The position numbers were made by a program, and so were the translations under genes. Under the pieces are notes generated by a model that worked only from the letters and a program-made list of their open reading frames with translations, did no database searches and was not told the origin of the DNA. Below are positions 18,830 through 29,800 of a stretch of 64,000 nucleotides of DNA, in pieces. Within the stretch, counting starts at the first letter, position 1, and each line of letters opens with the position of its first letter. This stretch comes from Eubacteriales bacterium (GTDB taxonomy: Bacteria; Bacillota; Clostridia; Oscillospirales; QAKW01), in the NCBI GenBank assembly GCA_045546895.1, contig JAZQDS010000068.1, forward strand, positions 2,255-66,254, given 5' to 3'.

Positions 18830-19733
18830 GCTTGTTTCCGAGCAAAGCGGCTGCCGTATAGATGCATTTCTTGCCCAAGAAATTTCTCAATTATCTCGTT
18901 CACGCATAGAATCTTTGATCCAATCGGGCCAAATATTGGTGAATGATAAAAATGTTGCCAAAAGCTATAAGTTGAATGCGGGCGACCATATTGTTGTTGC
19001 GGTTCCGCCCGCCGAAGAATCTGTGCCTCGTCCGATCAAGATGGCGCTGGATATTGTTTACGAGGATAAGGACTTGCTGGTTGTTAATAAGCCTAAAGGT
19101 CTCGTTGTTCACCCTGCACCGGGGCATAGCGGAGATACCTTGGTAAACGGTCTGTTGTATTATTGCGGTGATAGCCTTTCCGGCATTAACGGCGAAATTC
19201 GCCCCGGAATTGTGCATCGTATTGATAAGGATACCAGCGGCCTTTTGGTTGTTGCAAAAAATGACATTGCGCATCAATCTCTCTCTAAGCAATTCGAAGA
19301 GCATAGTATTGATCGGGAGTATGAAACGATTGTCTTTGGAAAAATGCCCGAGGATGAAGGGACAATTGATGCTCCGATCGGCAGAAGCAGTAAGGATCGT
19401 AAAAAAATGGCAATCCATGCCCGCAACGGAAAGCGAGCTGTTACTCATTATCGCACTTTGAACCAATTTCGCGGCTTTACGCATCTTGCTTGCAGGCTTG
19501 AAACAGGGAGAACCCATCAGATCCGCGTTCATCTATCATCGATTGGTCATTTTGTTTTAAATGATCTTGTTTATGGCCGAAATCTTCAAAACATAAAATT
19601 CGATTTTGAGGGGCAATGCCTCCACGCAAGAAAATTGGGCTTTATTCATCCGGTTAGCGGTGAACATTTAGTTTTTGAAAGTGAACTGCCCGAATATTTT
19701 AAAAAGGTATTGACAAAACTTTCCGATTTGTGA
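18816..19733 (+). CDS. rluD: RluD/RluA-family 23S rRNA pseudouridine synthase
   Basis: N-terminal S4 domain and the catalytic HRIDKDTSGLLVVAK motif. Overlaps the lspA end by 14 nt. Confidence 0.9.
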   Translation: MEKIELVSEQSGCRIDAFLAQEISQLSRSRIESLIQSGQILVNDKNVAKSYKLNAGDHIVVAVPPAEESVPRPIKMALDIVYEDKDLLVVNKPKGLVVHPAPGHSGDTLVNGLLYYCGDSLSGINGEIRPGIVHRIDKDTSGLLVVAKNDIAHQSLSKQFEEHSIDREYETIVFGKMPEDEGTIDAPIGRSSKDRKKMAIHARNGKRAVTHYRTLNQFRGFTHLACRLETGRTHQIRVHLSSIGHFVLNDLVYGRNLQNIKFDFEGQCLHARKLGFIHPVSGEHLVFESELPEYFKKVLTKLSDL

Positions 19734-19771
19734 TATTATTTTATTGTAAACGATCGTTTTAGAAAAAATAA

Positions 19772-19860
19772 AAATGGGGTGCTGAGTTGAACTCGGCTGA
19801 GAGAGCGAATGTTTTCGCTTAACCCAAGAACCTGATGCGGGTAATGCCGACGTAGGAATG
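19772..19860 (+). promoter_or_regulatory. TPP (THI-box) riboswitch aptamer
   Basis: GGGGTGC...GGCTGAGA...AACCC...ACCTGATGCGGGTAATGCCGACGTAGGAA matches the conserved THI-box cores (CUGAGA; ACCUGAU..GGAUAAUGCC). It lies upstream of a thiamine transporter gene. Confidence 0.85.
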
Positions 19861-19876
19861 ATAAAATGCCTTTATG

Positions 19877-19915
19877 CAGTTCTGCGTTGTGTATGATACG
19901 CAGAACTGTTTTTTT
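19877..19915 (+). terminator. riboswitch expression-platform terminator
   Basis: CAGTTCTGCG with a 12-nt loop and CGCAGAACTG, followed by T7. It ends 13 nt before the thiT ATG region. Confidence 0.75.
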
Positions 19916-19927
19916 ATGGAGGTAACT

Positions 19928-20584
19928 ATGAAAAACAAAAGAGTACATATGATTGTGGAGAGCGCTATGCTGATTACACTTGGCATTGCTTTGGAAGTAT
20001 TGGGGCGCATTATAATTCCGCCAATGCCCTTTGGCGGCCAGCTGACGCTGGTATCGATGCTGCCGGTGGTATTAATTTCTTATCGACATGGGCTGAAATG
20101 GGGTCTATTCTCGGGCTTTGTTTATTCGCTGGTGCAAATGGCTTTGGGAATGGATGTTGTTACTGCAGCATTTCAACCGGGGTATTTTGGTGATGATGCG
20201 ATGTTGTTCCGTGCGATTATCATGATTCTTCTTGATTATGTTTTGGCCTATACTGCGCTTGGCTTGGGCGGAATCTTCAGAAAATCGATCAAAAATTCGG
20301 GCGTTTCTTTAATGTGTGGTAGTCTTGTTGCGTTGGGCACGAGATATCTTTTCCACATCCTTTCCGGCTACATCCTTTTTTCCGGCTGGGCAGAATGGTT
20401 TTTTACCCAGGAGGGATTTCCGGCATGGGGCGCAAAGCTTGTTGGTGCTGTTGGGCCGAATTTGCTTGGCTTCCTTTACAGCGTTGTTTATAATGGGTTA
20501 TTTATGGTTCCCGAAATTATTATAACAGCGATTGTTGCCTTGCTGATTGCAAGAATTCCTAAAATAGCAGAAATGCGTAATTGA
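19928..20584 (+). CDS. thiT: thiamine ECF-transporter S component ThiT / YuaJ-like thiamine transporter
   Basis: ORF 19874.. trimmed to ATG 19928 after GGAGG. It is a 6-TM protein directly controlled by the TPP riboswitch. Confidence 0.75.
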   Translation: MKNKRVHMIVESAMLITLGIALEVLGRIIIPPMPFGGQLTLVSMLPVVLISYRHGLKWGLFSGFVYSLVQMALGMDVVTAAFQPGYFGDDAMLFRAIIMILLDYVLAYTALGLGGIFRKSIKNSGVSLMCGSLVALGTRYLFHILSGYILFSGWAEWFFTQEGFPAWGAKLVGAVGPNLLGFLYSVVYNGLFMVPEIIITAIVALLIARIPKIAEMRN

Positions 20585-20586
20585 GT

Positions 20587-20626
20587 AAAAAGAGGTGATT
20601 TTTTTGAAAGATCACCTCTTTTTTTA
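20587..20626 (+). terminator. intrinsic terminator after thiT
   Basis: AAAAGAGGTGAT with loop and ATCACCTCTTTT, followed by a T run. Confidence 0.75.
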
Positions 20627-20634
20627 GATTTTAC

Positions 20635-20664
20635 TTTACAAATGTTTGTATAATATATTATAAT
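20635..20664 (+). promoter_or_regulatory. sigmaA-type promoter candidate for pyrH-frr
   Basis: TTTACA (20635-20640), an 18-bp spacer, then TATAAT (20659-20664). Confidence 0.45.
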
Positions 20665-20699
20665 AGTATTAAATATAAACTTATATAAGGAGACGCACT

Positions 20700-21419
20700 A
20701 TGAGTGGAACGGTTTACAAACGAATCCTCTTGAAATTAAGCGGCGAGGCGCTTGCGGGAGCAGGCAAATTCGGAATTGATTTCGAATATGTTTTAAAGAT
20801 TGGCTCCTATATTAAAGAATGTGTTGATAAGGGTGTTGAGGTCGCTATTGTTGTTGGCGGCGGCAATTATTGGAGAGGCCGCAGCAATCAGCAAATGGAT
20901 CGCACCAGAGCGGATTACATCGGTATGCTTGCAACAACGATGAATGCCCTTACAGTTCAGGATGCTTTGATTCAGAACGGCTTGGAATGCAGGGTTATGA
21001 GCGCGATTGAAATGCGCCAAATTGCAGAACCTTTTATTCGCAACCGTGCGATTACCCATCTTGAAAAGGGGCGTGTTGTAATCTTTGCGGCAGGGACCGG
21101 AAACCCTTATTTTTCTACCGATACCTGCGCTGCGTTACGAGCTGCTGAAATTAATGCGGATGTTATCTTTAAGGCCACTAATGTTGATGGCGTTTACACT
21201 GCCGATCCCAAAAAGGATCCTAATGCCACCAAGATGCATCATATCCGCTATATGGATATTTTGAAGAATCAGCTTGCTGTTATGGATAGCGCAGCTGCTG
21301 CTCTTTGCAACGATAATAATATTCCGATCTATGTTTTTGATATGTCGAACCCCGAAAACATTGTTCGCGCAGTAATTGGTGAAGATATTGGTACAACAAT
21401 TGATAATGAAGGAGAATAA
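20700..21419 (+). CDS. pyrH: UMP kinase
   Basis: [19 protein letters not shown] and [11 protein letters not shown] motifs. Confidence 0.95.
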   Translation: MSGTVYKRILLKLSGEALAGAGKFGIDFEYVLKIGSYIKECVDKGVEVAIVVGGGNYWRGRSNQQMDRTRADYIGMLATTMNALTVQDALIQNGLECRVMSAIEMRQIAEPFIRNRAITHLEKGRVVIFAAGTGNPYFSTDTCAALRAAEINADVIFKATNVDGVYTADPKKDPNATKMHHIRYMDILKNQLAVMDSAAAALCNDNNIPIYVFDMSNPENIVRAVIGEDIGTTIDNEGE

Positions 21420-21422
21420 AAA

Positions 21423-21974
21423 ATGGCTAATTATGTTGAATTTGAAGAAAAGATGAAGAAAACCCTTGCCGCCCTGGGCAACGATTATGCAGGTTTGCGC
21501 GCCGGCCGCGCAAATCCTGCGATTTTGGATCGCCTTCGCGTTGAATATTACGGAGCATCCAGCAAAATCAATGAGGTTGCGGCTGTAAGCGTACCCGAGC
21601 CCCGTATGCTGGTGATTCAGCCCTGGGATGTTACCGTTCTCAAAGAGATTGAAAAAGCGATTCTTGCTTCGGATATCGGTATTACTCCTACCAGCGATGG
21701 CAAGGTGATCCGTTTGACCTTCCCTCAGCCCACAGAGGAGCGTCGCCGCGAGCTTGCGAAGGATGCAAAGAAATTCGGTGAGGAGGCTAAGGTTGCGATC
21801 CGAAATGTGCGCCGCGATGCTTTGGATAAATTCAAGAAGCAGGAAAAAGCCCATGAAATTACCGAAGATGATTTGAAGGGCATTGAAACCGATATTCAAA
21901 AACTGACAGATAAGTACATTGCCGAGATCGATAAAATGATTGGCGAGAAAGAAAAGGAGATTATGGCGGTTTAA
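21423..21974 (+). CDS. frr: ribosome recycling factor
   Basis: 183 aa with IRNVRRDALDKFKK and a typical Frr sequence. Confidence 0.95.
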   Translation: MANYVEFEEKMKKTLAALGNDYAGLRAGRANPAILDRLRVEYYGASSKINEVAAVSVPEPRMLVIQPWDVTVLKEIEKAILASDIGITPTSDGKVIRLTFPQPTEERRRELAKDAKKFGEEAKVAIRNVRRDALDKFKKQEKAHEITEDDLKGIETDIQKLTDKYIAEIDKMIGEKEKEIMAV

Positions 21975-21985
21975 TTCCCCATATT

Positions 21986-22735
21986 GTGTTGATCGGCTTG
22001 AAAAAGATTGTTCAAAAAACTGAATCCATCGACCCCGAGCGGTTACCGAACCATGTTGGCATTATTATGGATGGTAATGGTCGCTGGGCGCAAAAGCGCG
22101 GATTACCCCGTTATGCAGGTCATGTTGCCGGTGCAAAGGTATTTAAGCAAATTGCTTATTATGCCCGCGATATCGGTCTGAAAAATCTTACAGTATATGC
22201 CTTTTCTACCGAAAATTGGCAGCGTCCTCAAGAGGAAGTTTCCAGAATAATGAAGGTTTTGGAAGAATTTATTGATGATGCGCTGAATACCTTTGAAAAG
22301 GAGAAGGTTCGTGTTCGCTTTCTCGGAGACGATTCTGCCTTTACAGGGGTACTCAAAGAAAAGATGGATCGGATTGTTGCGGTAACAAAAGATTTTAAGG
22401 GTCTTACCCTTAATATTGCAATGAACTACGGCGGGCAGCATGAGATTGCTTATGCCGCGAAAAAACTGGCGGAACGTTGCTGCAAGGGCGAGCTTCAGCC
22501 GGAGGAGATTACCCCCTCGCTTTTCGGTAAAAGTCTTTATTTTGAGGATTGCGAGGCGGTGGATCTTGTTATTCGCCCCAGTGGGGAGAAACGTCTTTCT
22601 AATTTCTTGCTATGGCAATCTGCCTATGCGGAATTTTGGTATTCAGATATTCTGTGGCCCGATTTTAAGCCGGAGCATCTGGATCAAGCGATTATTGATT
22701 TTCAAAAAAGAAACAGGAGGTTTGGCGGAGTATGA
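21986..22735 (+). CDS. uppS: isoprenyl transferase (undecaprenyl diphosphate synthase)
   Basis: HVGIIMDGNGRWA and FSTENWQRP motifs, plus RLSNFLLWQSAYAEF. Confidence 0.93.
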   Translation: MLIGLKKIVQKTESIDPERLPNHVGIIMDGNGRWAQKRGLPRYAGHVAGAKVFKQIAYYARDIGLKNLTVYAFSTENWQRPQEEVSRIMKVLEEFIDDALNTFEKEKVRVRFLGDDSAFTGVLKEKMDRIVAVTKDFKGLTLNIAMNYGGQHEIAYAAKKLAERCCKGELQPEEITPSLFGKSLYFEDCEAVDLVIRPSGEKRLSNFLLWQSAYAEFWYSDILWPDFKPEHLDQAIIDFQKRNRRFGGV

Positions 22736-23586
22736 AAAAAGATTTTCTTCAGCGGCTTTGGACATCGTTGATCATTCTTGGGATTTTTTTGCTGCTTTTT
22801 TTGATCTCCGGCATCTCTCCGCTTTTTGAAATAGCAGTTGCTATTCTGATCTGTGTTTGCATTTACGAAGCGCTTACCTGCGCAGGTTGCGCAACCAAAA
22901 AGAAGCTTTTGCTGCCGAGCTTGATCTATGGCGCGGCGGTTCCTCTATCGGTGCTACTTAAGGATTGGCTTTATCCCAGCCGCAATCCATATTTTGGAAT
23001 CGTTTTGGTTTCTTTTGTTTACCTTGTTGCATTGTTTATCATTTTGATGATCAATTTTGATTCAACAAAGTTTAATGAAGCGGCGGTTGCGATGTTTGTA
23101 ACCTTTGTTATTACTTGCTTCCTTACAAACATTATCTTCATTCGCAGGCTGGAACCTCATGGATTTTTCTTTATGGTTCTTTGTATTGTATGCAGCGCTT
23201 GGTGTACGGATATTTTTGCATATTTAACCGGTATTCTGATCGGCAAGCATCGGCCCTTTAAGCTTATCAGTCCCAAAAAATCCATCGAAGGCTGCATCGG
23301 CGGGTCGCTCTTTTCCATTGGAATCTATGTTGTCTTCTGTATCGTTTATCAAAAGATGACGGGGGCCACTATTCATTGGCCGTTGGTGATGGTTTATAGC
23401 CTTTGCTGCACATTAATCGGTCAGATCGGCGATCTTTCGTTCTCTTATATTAAGCGTTCCTATGGTATAAAGGATTTTGGAAAAATCTTACCGGGGCATG
23501 GCGGCATTCTTGATCGCCTTGATAGCTTGATCTTTATTGCTCCGATGTTTTATGCTTTGATGAATACCCAGACCTTTATTTGGTGA
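22732..23586 (+). CDS. cdsA: phosphatidate cytidylyltransferase
   Basis: Multi-TM protein with the C-terminal signature SYIKRSYGIKDFGKILPGHGGILDRLDS. Confidence 0.9.
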   Translation: MKKDFLQRLWTSLIILGIFLLLFLISGISPLFEIAVAILICVCIYEALTCAGCATKKKLLLPSLIYGAAVPLSVLLKDWLYPSRNPYFGIVLVSFVYLVALFIILMINFDSTKFNEAAVAMFVTFVITCFLTNIIFIRRLEPHGFFFMVLCIVCSAWCTDIFAYLTGILIGKHRPFKLISPKKSIEGCIGGSLFSIGIYVVFCIVYQKMTGATIHWPLVMVYSLCCTLIGQIGDLSFSYIKRSYGIKDFGKILPGHGGILDRLDSLIFIAPMFYALMNTQTFIW

Positions 23587-23591
23587 AAATA

Positions 23592-24737
23592 ATGAAAACA
23601 ATTTCTATTTTAGGTTCTACCGGCTCGATCGGTACCCAAACTCTACAGGTTTGTCGGGATTTGGGGCTTTGCGTTGCTGCTGTAAGTGCAGGCAGTAATA
23701 TCGATTTGCTGGAGCAGCAGATTCGGGAGTTTAAAATTCCGTTGGCGTCTGTTTATGATTCCTCCAAAGCGGAGCAGCTTAAAGAGCGGCTTAAGGATAT
23801 CGATTGTAGAGTTTTGAGCGGTGAGGACGGAAATATTGCAGTTGCTACAGCAAGGGATAGCACAATCGTTGTTACTGCGATGATGGGCATGATTGGTCTG
23901 AAGCCGACCATAGCTGCTATTGAGGCAGGAAAAGATATTGCCCTTGCCAATAAAGAAACATTAGTTTGCGCCGGCCAGATTGTTATGCCCGCCGCCGCGC
24001 GGCACGGGGTGAAAATTTTGCCGGTAGATAGCGAACATAGTGCTATCTTTCAATGCTTGCAGGGGCGAGGAGATAATCCAATCAATAAAATCTTGCTTAC
24101 TGCCTCCGGCGGCCCGTTTTATGGAAAGAAACGGGATGAATTACAAGGCATGATGGCTGCAGATGCGCTGAAGCATCCCAATTGGAGTATGGGCTCGAAG
24201 ATTACCGTTGATAGCGCAACGCTGATGAATAAAGGCCTTGAATGGATGGAGGCTAAATGGCTTTTTAATGTCAATGATGATCAAATTGAGATTGTTGTTC
24301 ATCGCGAAAGTATTCTTCATTCGGCGGTGGAATTTGCTGATCATTCTGTTATTGGTCAAATGGGAGTACCGTCCATGTATTTACCGATTAAATATGCGCT
24401 GACATATCCTTCGCGGGTGGAGAGTGGGGAACATCATCTTTCGCTGTTTGGTCGCACCCTTCATTTTGATCGGGCAGATGAAGAGGTGTTTCGCTGCCTT
24501 GCGCTTGCAAAAAAAGCCAGCCGCAACGGAGGGCTTTATCCTGCTGTTTTAAACGGAGCAAACGAACAGGCGGTTGCCTTGTTTTTGGAGGATAAAATTG
24601 GTTTTTTGGAAATTGCAGAGCTTGTTGAAACTGCGATGAACCAAACTCCCGATTGGGACGCAACAATTCTTGATAATGTAATAGCGGCGGATCGCATGGC
24701 GCGAGTATGCGTTTTGGATCATTGCCGCAGGGATTAA
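23592..24737 (+). CDS. dxr: 1-deoxy-D-xylulose 5-phosphate reductoisomerase
   Basis: ORF 23580.. trimmed to ATG 23592. ILGSTGSIGTQTL, LANKETLV and VDSEHSAIFQCL motifs. Confidence 0.95.
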   Translation: MKTISILGSTGSIGTQTLQVCRDLGLCVAAVSAGSNIDLLEQQIREFKIPLASVYDSSKAEQLKERLKDIDCRVLSGEDGNIAVATARDSTIVVTAMMGMIGLKPTIAAIEAGKDIALANKETLVCAGQIVMPAAARHGVKILPVDSEHSAIFQCLQGRGDNPINKILLTASGGPFYGKKRDELQGMMAADALKHPNWSMGSKITVDSATLMNKGLEWMEAKWLFNVNDDQIEIVVHRESILHSAVEFADHSVIGQMGVPSMYLPIKYALTYPSRVESGEHHLSLFGRTLHFDRADEEVFRCLALAKKASRNGGLYPAVLNGANEQAVALFLEDKIGFLEIAELVETAMNQTPDWDATILDNVIAADRMARVCVLDHCRRD

Positions 24738-24742
24738 TTTTA

Positions 24743-25774
24743 ATGCAAACAGTTTTTAATATTTTAATTACAATATTGGTTTTCGGCCTCTTGATACTTT
24801 CTCATGAGGCCGGCCATTTCTTTACAGCGATTTGGGCCGGCATTAAGGTGCATGAGTTTGCAATCGGCATGGGCCCGGCGTTGTTTAAAAAAGATTTTAA
24901 GCGCTGCCGCTTTTCTATTCGCGCGTTTCCGATCGGCGGGTATGTTCAAATGGAAGGCGAGGATGGCGACAGTGATGACGAGAACTCCTTTTCAAAAAAG
25001 CCAAAGTGGAAGCGTTTTTTGGTTTTGGTTATGGGCGCAACTATGAATATCTTGATGGGGTTTATTTTGATTTGTTGCATCAATGCATCCATCAGCCATT
25101 ATCCAACAACGACAGTGGCAAGATTCAACGATCAGGCTATCTCTTCTTCCTATGGTTTGCGGGAGGACGATAAGATTATATCTATTGACGGCTATAAGAT
25201 TTTTTCTTATATGGATATTTCTTACGCTTTGACGCGCAACGGTAAGGCTGAGGATTTTGATCTTGTTGTTCGCCGTGATGGGAGAGATGTTTCGCTTAAG
25301 GATGTTCATTTTCCCAAAATTGAGGATGAGGACTACGGCTCCTTTTATGACACGGATTTTAAAGTATATGGGGAAAAGCGAAATGTTCTAACCGTTTTTC
25401 GATATTCATTTGGCTACACGCTTTCCGTATCGCGCTCAATATATTCATTTATTGGCTCGCTTTTTACTATGAAAGCAGATATGAATCAGGTCAGCGGACC
25501 AATAGGAACAGCATCTGCAATCGGAAAAAGCGCGAGCATAGGATTATCCTCCTTGCTTCTGATGATTGCAATGATCTCGATTAATTTGGGCGTTATGAAT
25601 TTACTTCCGTTTCCTGCGCTGGATGGTGGGCGAATTTTGATGCTTTTGATTGAAGCGGTTCGAGGAAAGCCGCTTAATCCGAAATTTGAAACTATTTTAA
25701 ACGGGATTGGTCTTGTGTTACTAATGGGCTTGATGATTATTGTTAGCCTAAAAGATATTATTAAATTATTTTAA
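24743..25774 (+). CDS. rseP: RIP zinc metalloprotease RseP (site-2 protease)
   Basis: ORF 24707.. trimmed to ATG 24743. HEAGHFF (HExxH), a PDZ-like middle region and NLLPFPALDGG. Confidence 0.9.
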   Translation: MQTVFNILITILVFGLLILSHEAGHFFTAIWAGIKVHEFAIGMGPALFKKDFKRCRFSIRAFPIGGYVQMEGEDGDSDDENSFSKKPKWKRFLVLVMGATMNILMGFILICCINASISHYPTTTVARFNDQAISSSYGLREDDKIISIDGYKIFSYMDISYALTRNGKAEDFDLVVRRDGRDVSLKDVHFPKIEDEDYGSFYDTDFKVYGEKRNVLTVFRYSFGYTLSVSRSIYSFIGSLFTMKADMNQVSGPIGTASAIGKSASIGLSSLLLMIAMISINLGVMNLLPFPALDGGRILMLLIEAVRGKPLNPKFETILNGIGLVLLMGLMIIVSLKDIIKLF

Positions 25775-25789
25775 AAAGGGGGGAGCGCT

Positions 25790-26836
25790 TTGAGCAAGCA
25801 GGTTCGTATCGGTAATTTGGTTTTGGGTAGTGGCCGAATTTATGTTCAGTCTATGCTGAATACTTTGGCGGGCGACCATGATGCGGCAGTTGCTCAGGCA
25901 ATTGCGCTTGAAAAAGCAGGCTGCGAAATTTTGCGGCTCAGCGTTCCAAATGAAGCTTCTCTTGAAACCATTCGAAGATTAAAAAAAGAGGTTTCAATGC
26001 CTATTGTTGCCGACATCCATTTTGATTATCGCTTGGCGATCGCTGCGGTAAAGGCGGGGGCTGATAAGATTCGCATCAATCCGGGCAATATAGGTTCGGA
26101 AGAAAAGGTAAAGGCTGTAGTTGACATCTGCAAGGCAAATAATATTCCGATCCGAATTGGGGTCAATGGCGGTTCTTTGGAGCGCGATTTGCTCAAAAAA
26201 TACGGATCTCCTACCCCTGAAGCGCTGGTTGAGAGCGCGATGCGTCATGTGCGTATTTTGGAGCGTTTGGATTTTCATGAGATTGTGATTTCGATTAAAA
26301 GCTCGAATGTTCAAACAATGATCGCGGCATATCGCTTGCTTGCCAAGGTTTGCGATTATCCGCTCCATCTTGGCGTAACCGAAGCGGGAACGCGCGAGAT
26401 GGGAATTGTTAAAAACGCGATAGGGATCGGAAGTCTTTTGGCAGATGGCATCGGTGCTACCTTGCGGGTTTCTCTGACTGCTGATCCTGTTGAAGAAATT
26501 TATGCGGGTTTTCGTATTTTAAAGGCGCTTAATCTTGTTGAGGGTGCGTGCAGCTTGATTTCTTGCCCTACCTGCGGGAGAACAAGAATTCCCGTTATCG
26601 ATATTGCCGAGCGCGTTGAAAAAGCGCTTGAGAGCAATCGTTGCGGCCTGAAGGTTGCGGTAATGGGCTGCGCCGTTAACGGCCCCGGTGAGGCGCGCGA
26701 GGCGGATATCGGCATTGCGGGCGGCGATGGGGAAGGCCTTATTTTTAAAAAAGGTAAGATTGTAAAAAAGGTGCCGGAGGAGCAGTTGTTTGATGCTCTG
26801 ATGGATGAAATAAATCAAATGTTGAAGGAACATTAA
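25790..26836 (+). CDS. ispG: (E)-4-hydroxy-3-methylbut-2-enyl-diphosphate synthase
   Basis: RINPGNIG motif and the C-terminal cluster ligands CPTCGRT...GCAVNGPGEA. Confidence 0.95.
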   Translation: MSKQVRIGNLVLGSGRIYVQSMLNTLAGDHDAAVAQAIALEKAGCEILRLSVPNEASLETIRRLKKEVSMPIVADIHFDYRLAIAAVKAGADKIRINPGNIGSEEKVKAVVDICKANNIPIRIGVNGGSLERDLLKKYGSPTPEALVESAMRHVRILERLDFHEIVISIKSSNVQTMIAAYRLLAKVCDYPLHLGVTEAGTREMGIVKNAIGIGSLLADGIGATLRVSLTADPVEEIYAGFRILKALNLVEGACSLISCPTCGRTRIPVIDIAERVEKALESNRCGLKVAVMGCAVNGPGEAREADIGIAGGDGEGLIFKKGKIVKKVPEEQLFDALMDEINQMLKEH

Positions 26837-26837
26837 C

Positions 26838-29800
26838 ATGGAAGGTAAAAACTTACTGAGTTTCTTTAAGCGGTGCGCGTTTTCGGAGCAGGAGCGAGCG
26901 CTTTTGGCCGGAGCGGTTACCCGCGTTGAAGTGAATCAAAGCAAGCGTTTTATAAAGGCACATACGGAGTTTCCGTTATATGTGCCTTTTTCCCATATTA
27001 TAAAGCTGGAAGAAAAGATCAAAAATACATACGAATTAAATTCAGTTGAGATCTTTTGCCGCTTTTCCAATACTCAATTTGAACCTGCTCATTGGCAGGA
27101 TATGATTCTTTGTATTAAGCATCGTAATAATGCTGCCAATGGCTTTTTAAATGATGCGGTTATAGAGTTTAATGGTTCTGAAATTAATGTTGTTTTGCAG
27201 CATGGTGGGCTTGAGATTATGGAATCTCTCGGCGTAACAAGAACGATTGAAACTGTTTTCCGCGAATGGTATGAGGAAAGCTATAAAATTGGTTATTCCG
27301 GTGTTACGGTTGTTGAAGCCGGTGATATAGCAACCGCGCCCGAAATAGAGTTTGTTGAGGAAGAACTTCCGCCTCCGCCTCCGCCCGCGCCGAAAAATGA
27401 ACCACCCAAAAAGGAATGGAAGCGCCCGGCGCAGGTTGTTGAAATGCCAAAAATCCCCTTTAAATTAACGGATAATTTGATCTGGGGTGATCGTGTCGGT
27501 CGTAATTTCTATGCTCTGAATATGGCCAACCAGGTAGATGGCACAGTTTCAGTTATGGGAAATATTTTTAAGTGCGAAAATCGCGCGACCTGGGATAATA
27601 AAAATGTTCGTTTTTCTGTGTTTATTACGGATTATACCGGCTCTATTATCGTCAAATTTATGGTCCCTGCTGAAAAGGCGGATGAACTCTCAGGCAAGTT
27701 AAAGGCGGGAAAATCCATCGGCGCCACGGGTCAGGCATATTATGATAAATATGAAGAAGACTATGTGATCAATGCAAAATGTATTTTTGAAACAAAGTAT
27801 GTAATTCGCACTGACGATGAGATGGACAAGCGTGTGGAACTCCATCTGCATACAAATATGTCGGCAATGGATGCGGTTAATACCATTGGGGATTATGTGG
27901 AGCGAGCGGCATATTGGGGTCATAAAGCAATCGCGATTACTGATCATGGTAATCTTCAAAACTATCCGGATGCGCAGGCAGCAGCTAAAAAATTCGGTTT
28001 GAAGATGATCTACGGTGTTGAAGGTTATCTTGTTGATGATACTGAACCGGGATTTGATTTTAAGGCCAAAACAACCAAGCGTTATCATATTATTCTTTTG
28101 GTAAAGAATAAAATTGGCTTGAAGCATTTATATGAGTTGATTACTTATTCTAATGTTAATCACTTCTATCGCCGCCCGCTGATGTATCGCACAGAGATTG
28201 AGAGATTGCGCGAAGGTCTTATCATTGGCAGTGCTTGTGAAGCCGGTGAGCTTTTTCGCGCAGTTGTAGAGGAAGCGCCGCGGGAGGAATTGCTTAAAAT
28301 TGCCTCATTTTATGATTATCTCGAAATCCAGCCTCTGGGCAATAATGAATATATGCTGCGCAACGGTACTGCTGCCAATGAGGAAAAATTACAGGAATTC
28401 AACAAGACGATTGTTTCGCTGGGCGAGGAACTCGGAAAAATGGTTGTTGCAACTTGCGATGTTCATTTCCTTGATCCCCGCGATGAGGTTTTTCGCCGCA
28501 TCCTGATGGCGGGCAATGGATTTGCAGATGCTGACCATCAGCCACCGCTTTATTTCCGTACAACAAAGGAAATGCTGGATGAATTTGATTACTTGCCTTA
28601 TGAAACCGCGCATAAAATTGTTGTTGAAAATACCAATAATATTGCGGATATGGTAGAAGAATTGATCCCAATTCCTTTTGGAATGCACGCCCCTGAAATG
28701 GATGGAGCCGAAGAAGAATTGCGCACCATCTGCTGGAAAACCGCTCATGAAATTTACGGGGAAGAGCTTCCTGATTTGGTTGAGGCACGGCTGGAAAGAG
28801 AGCTGAATTCCATTATTGGCAATGGCTATGCTGTTATGTATATGATTGCGCAGAAGCTTGTTAAAAAGTCGAATGATGCGGGATATTCTGTTGGTTCTCG
28901 TGGTTCTGTCGGCTCCTCCTTTGCGGCTTCAATGGTTGGGATTTCAGAGGTAAACCCCCTGCCGCCCCATTACGTTTGCCCCGTTTGTAAATACAGCGAG
29001 TTTTTCAATGACGGTTCTGTTGGCTCCGGTTTTGACTTGCCGAATAAGGATTGCCCGAAATGCGGCACTGTTATGCGTACCGATGGGCATGATATTCCCT
29101 TTGAAACCTTCCTTGGCTTTGAGGGTGACAAGGTTCCTGATATTGATCTGAACTTTTCCGGCGAATATCAGTCCATTGCCCATAAGTATGTTGAAGAGCT
29201 TTTTGGGGAGGGATATGTATTTAAGGCGGGCACGATCGGCACTTTGGCGGATAAAACAGCCTATGGGTATGTGAAAAAATATCTTGAAGGCAAAGAAATG
29301 AAGCTCAATAAGGCCGAGGAGCAGCGGCTTGTTGATGGCTGCGTAGGTATCAAAAGAACAACCGGTCAGCATCCTGCGGGCATGGTTGTTATCCCCAAAA
29401 AATATGATGTTTACGATTTTTGCCCCATTCAGCATCCTGCTGATGATCAAGAATCGGATATTTTAACCACTCATTTTGACTTCCATTCTCTTCATGATAC
29501 CATCCTTAAATTGGATATTCTGGGTCATGATGTTCCCACACTTCTGAAGCATCTGGAGGATTTAACTCCGCTTAAGTTTGCAGACATCCCAATGAATGAT
29601 CCCGAGGTTTATAGCCTCCTCACCAGCCCGAAGGCGTTGAATGTAACGCCCGAGGAGATTGATTGCGAGACCGGTACGCTTGCCTTGCCTGAAATGGGCA
29701 CAAAATTTGTTCGGCAGATGTTGATGGAGGCAAAACCCAAGAATTTTTCGGAATTACTTCAGATTTCCGGTCTTTCACATGGTACCGACGTTTGGATTGG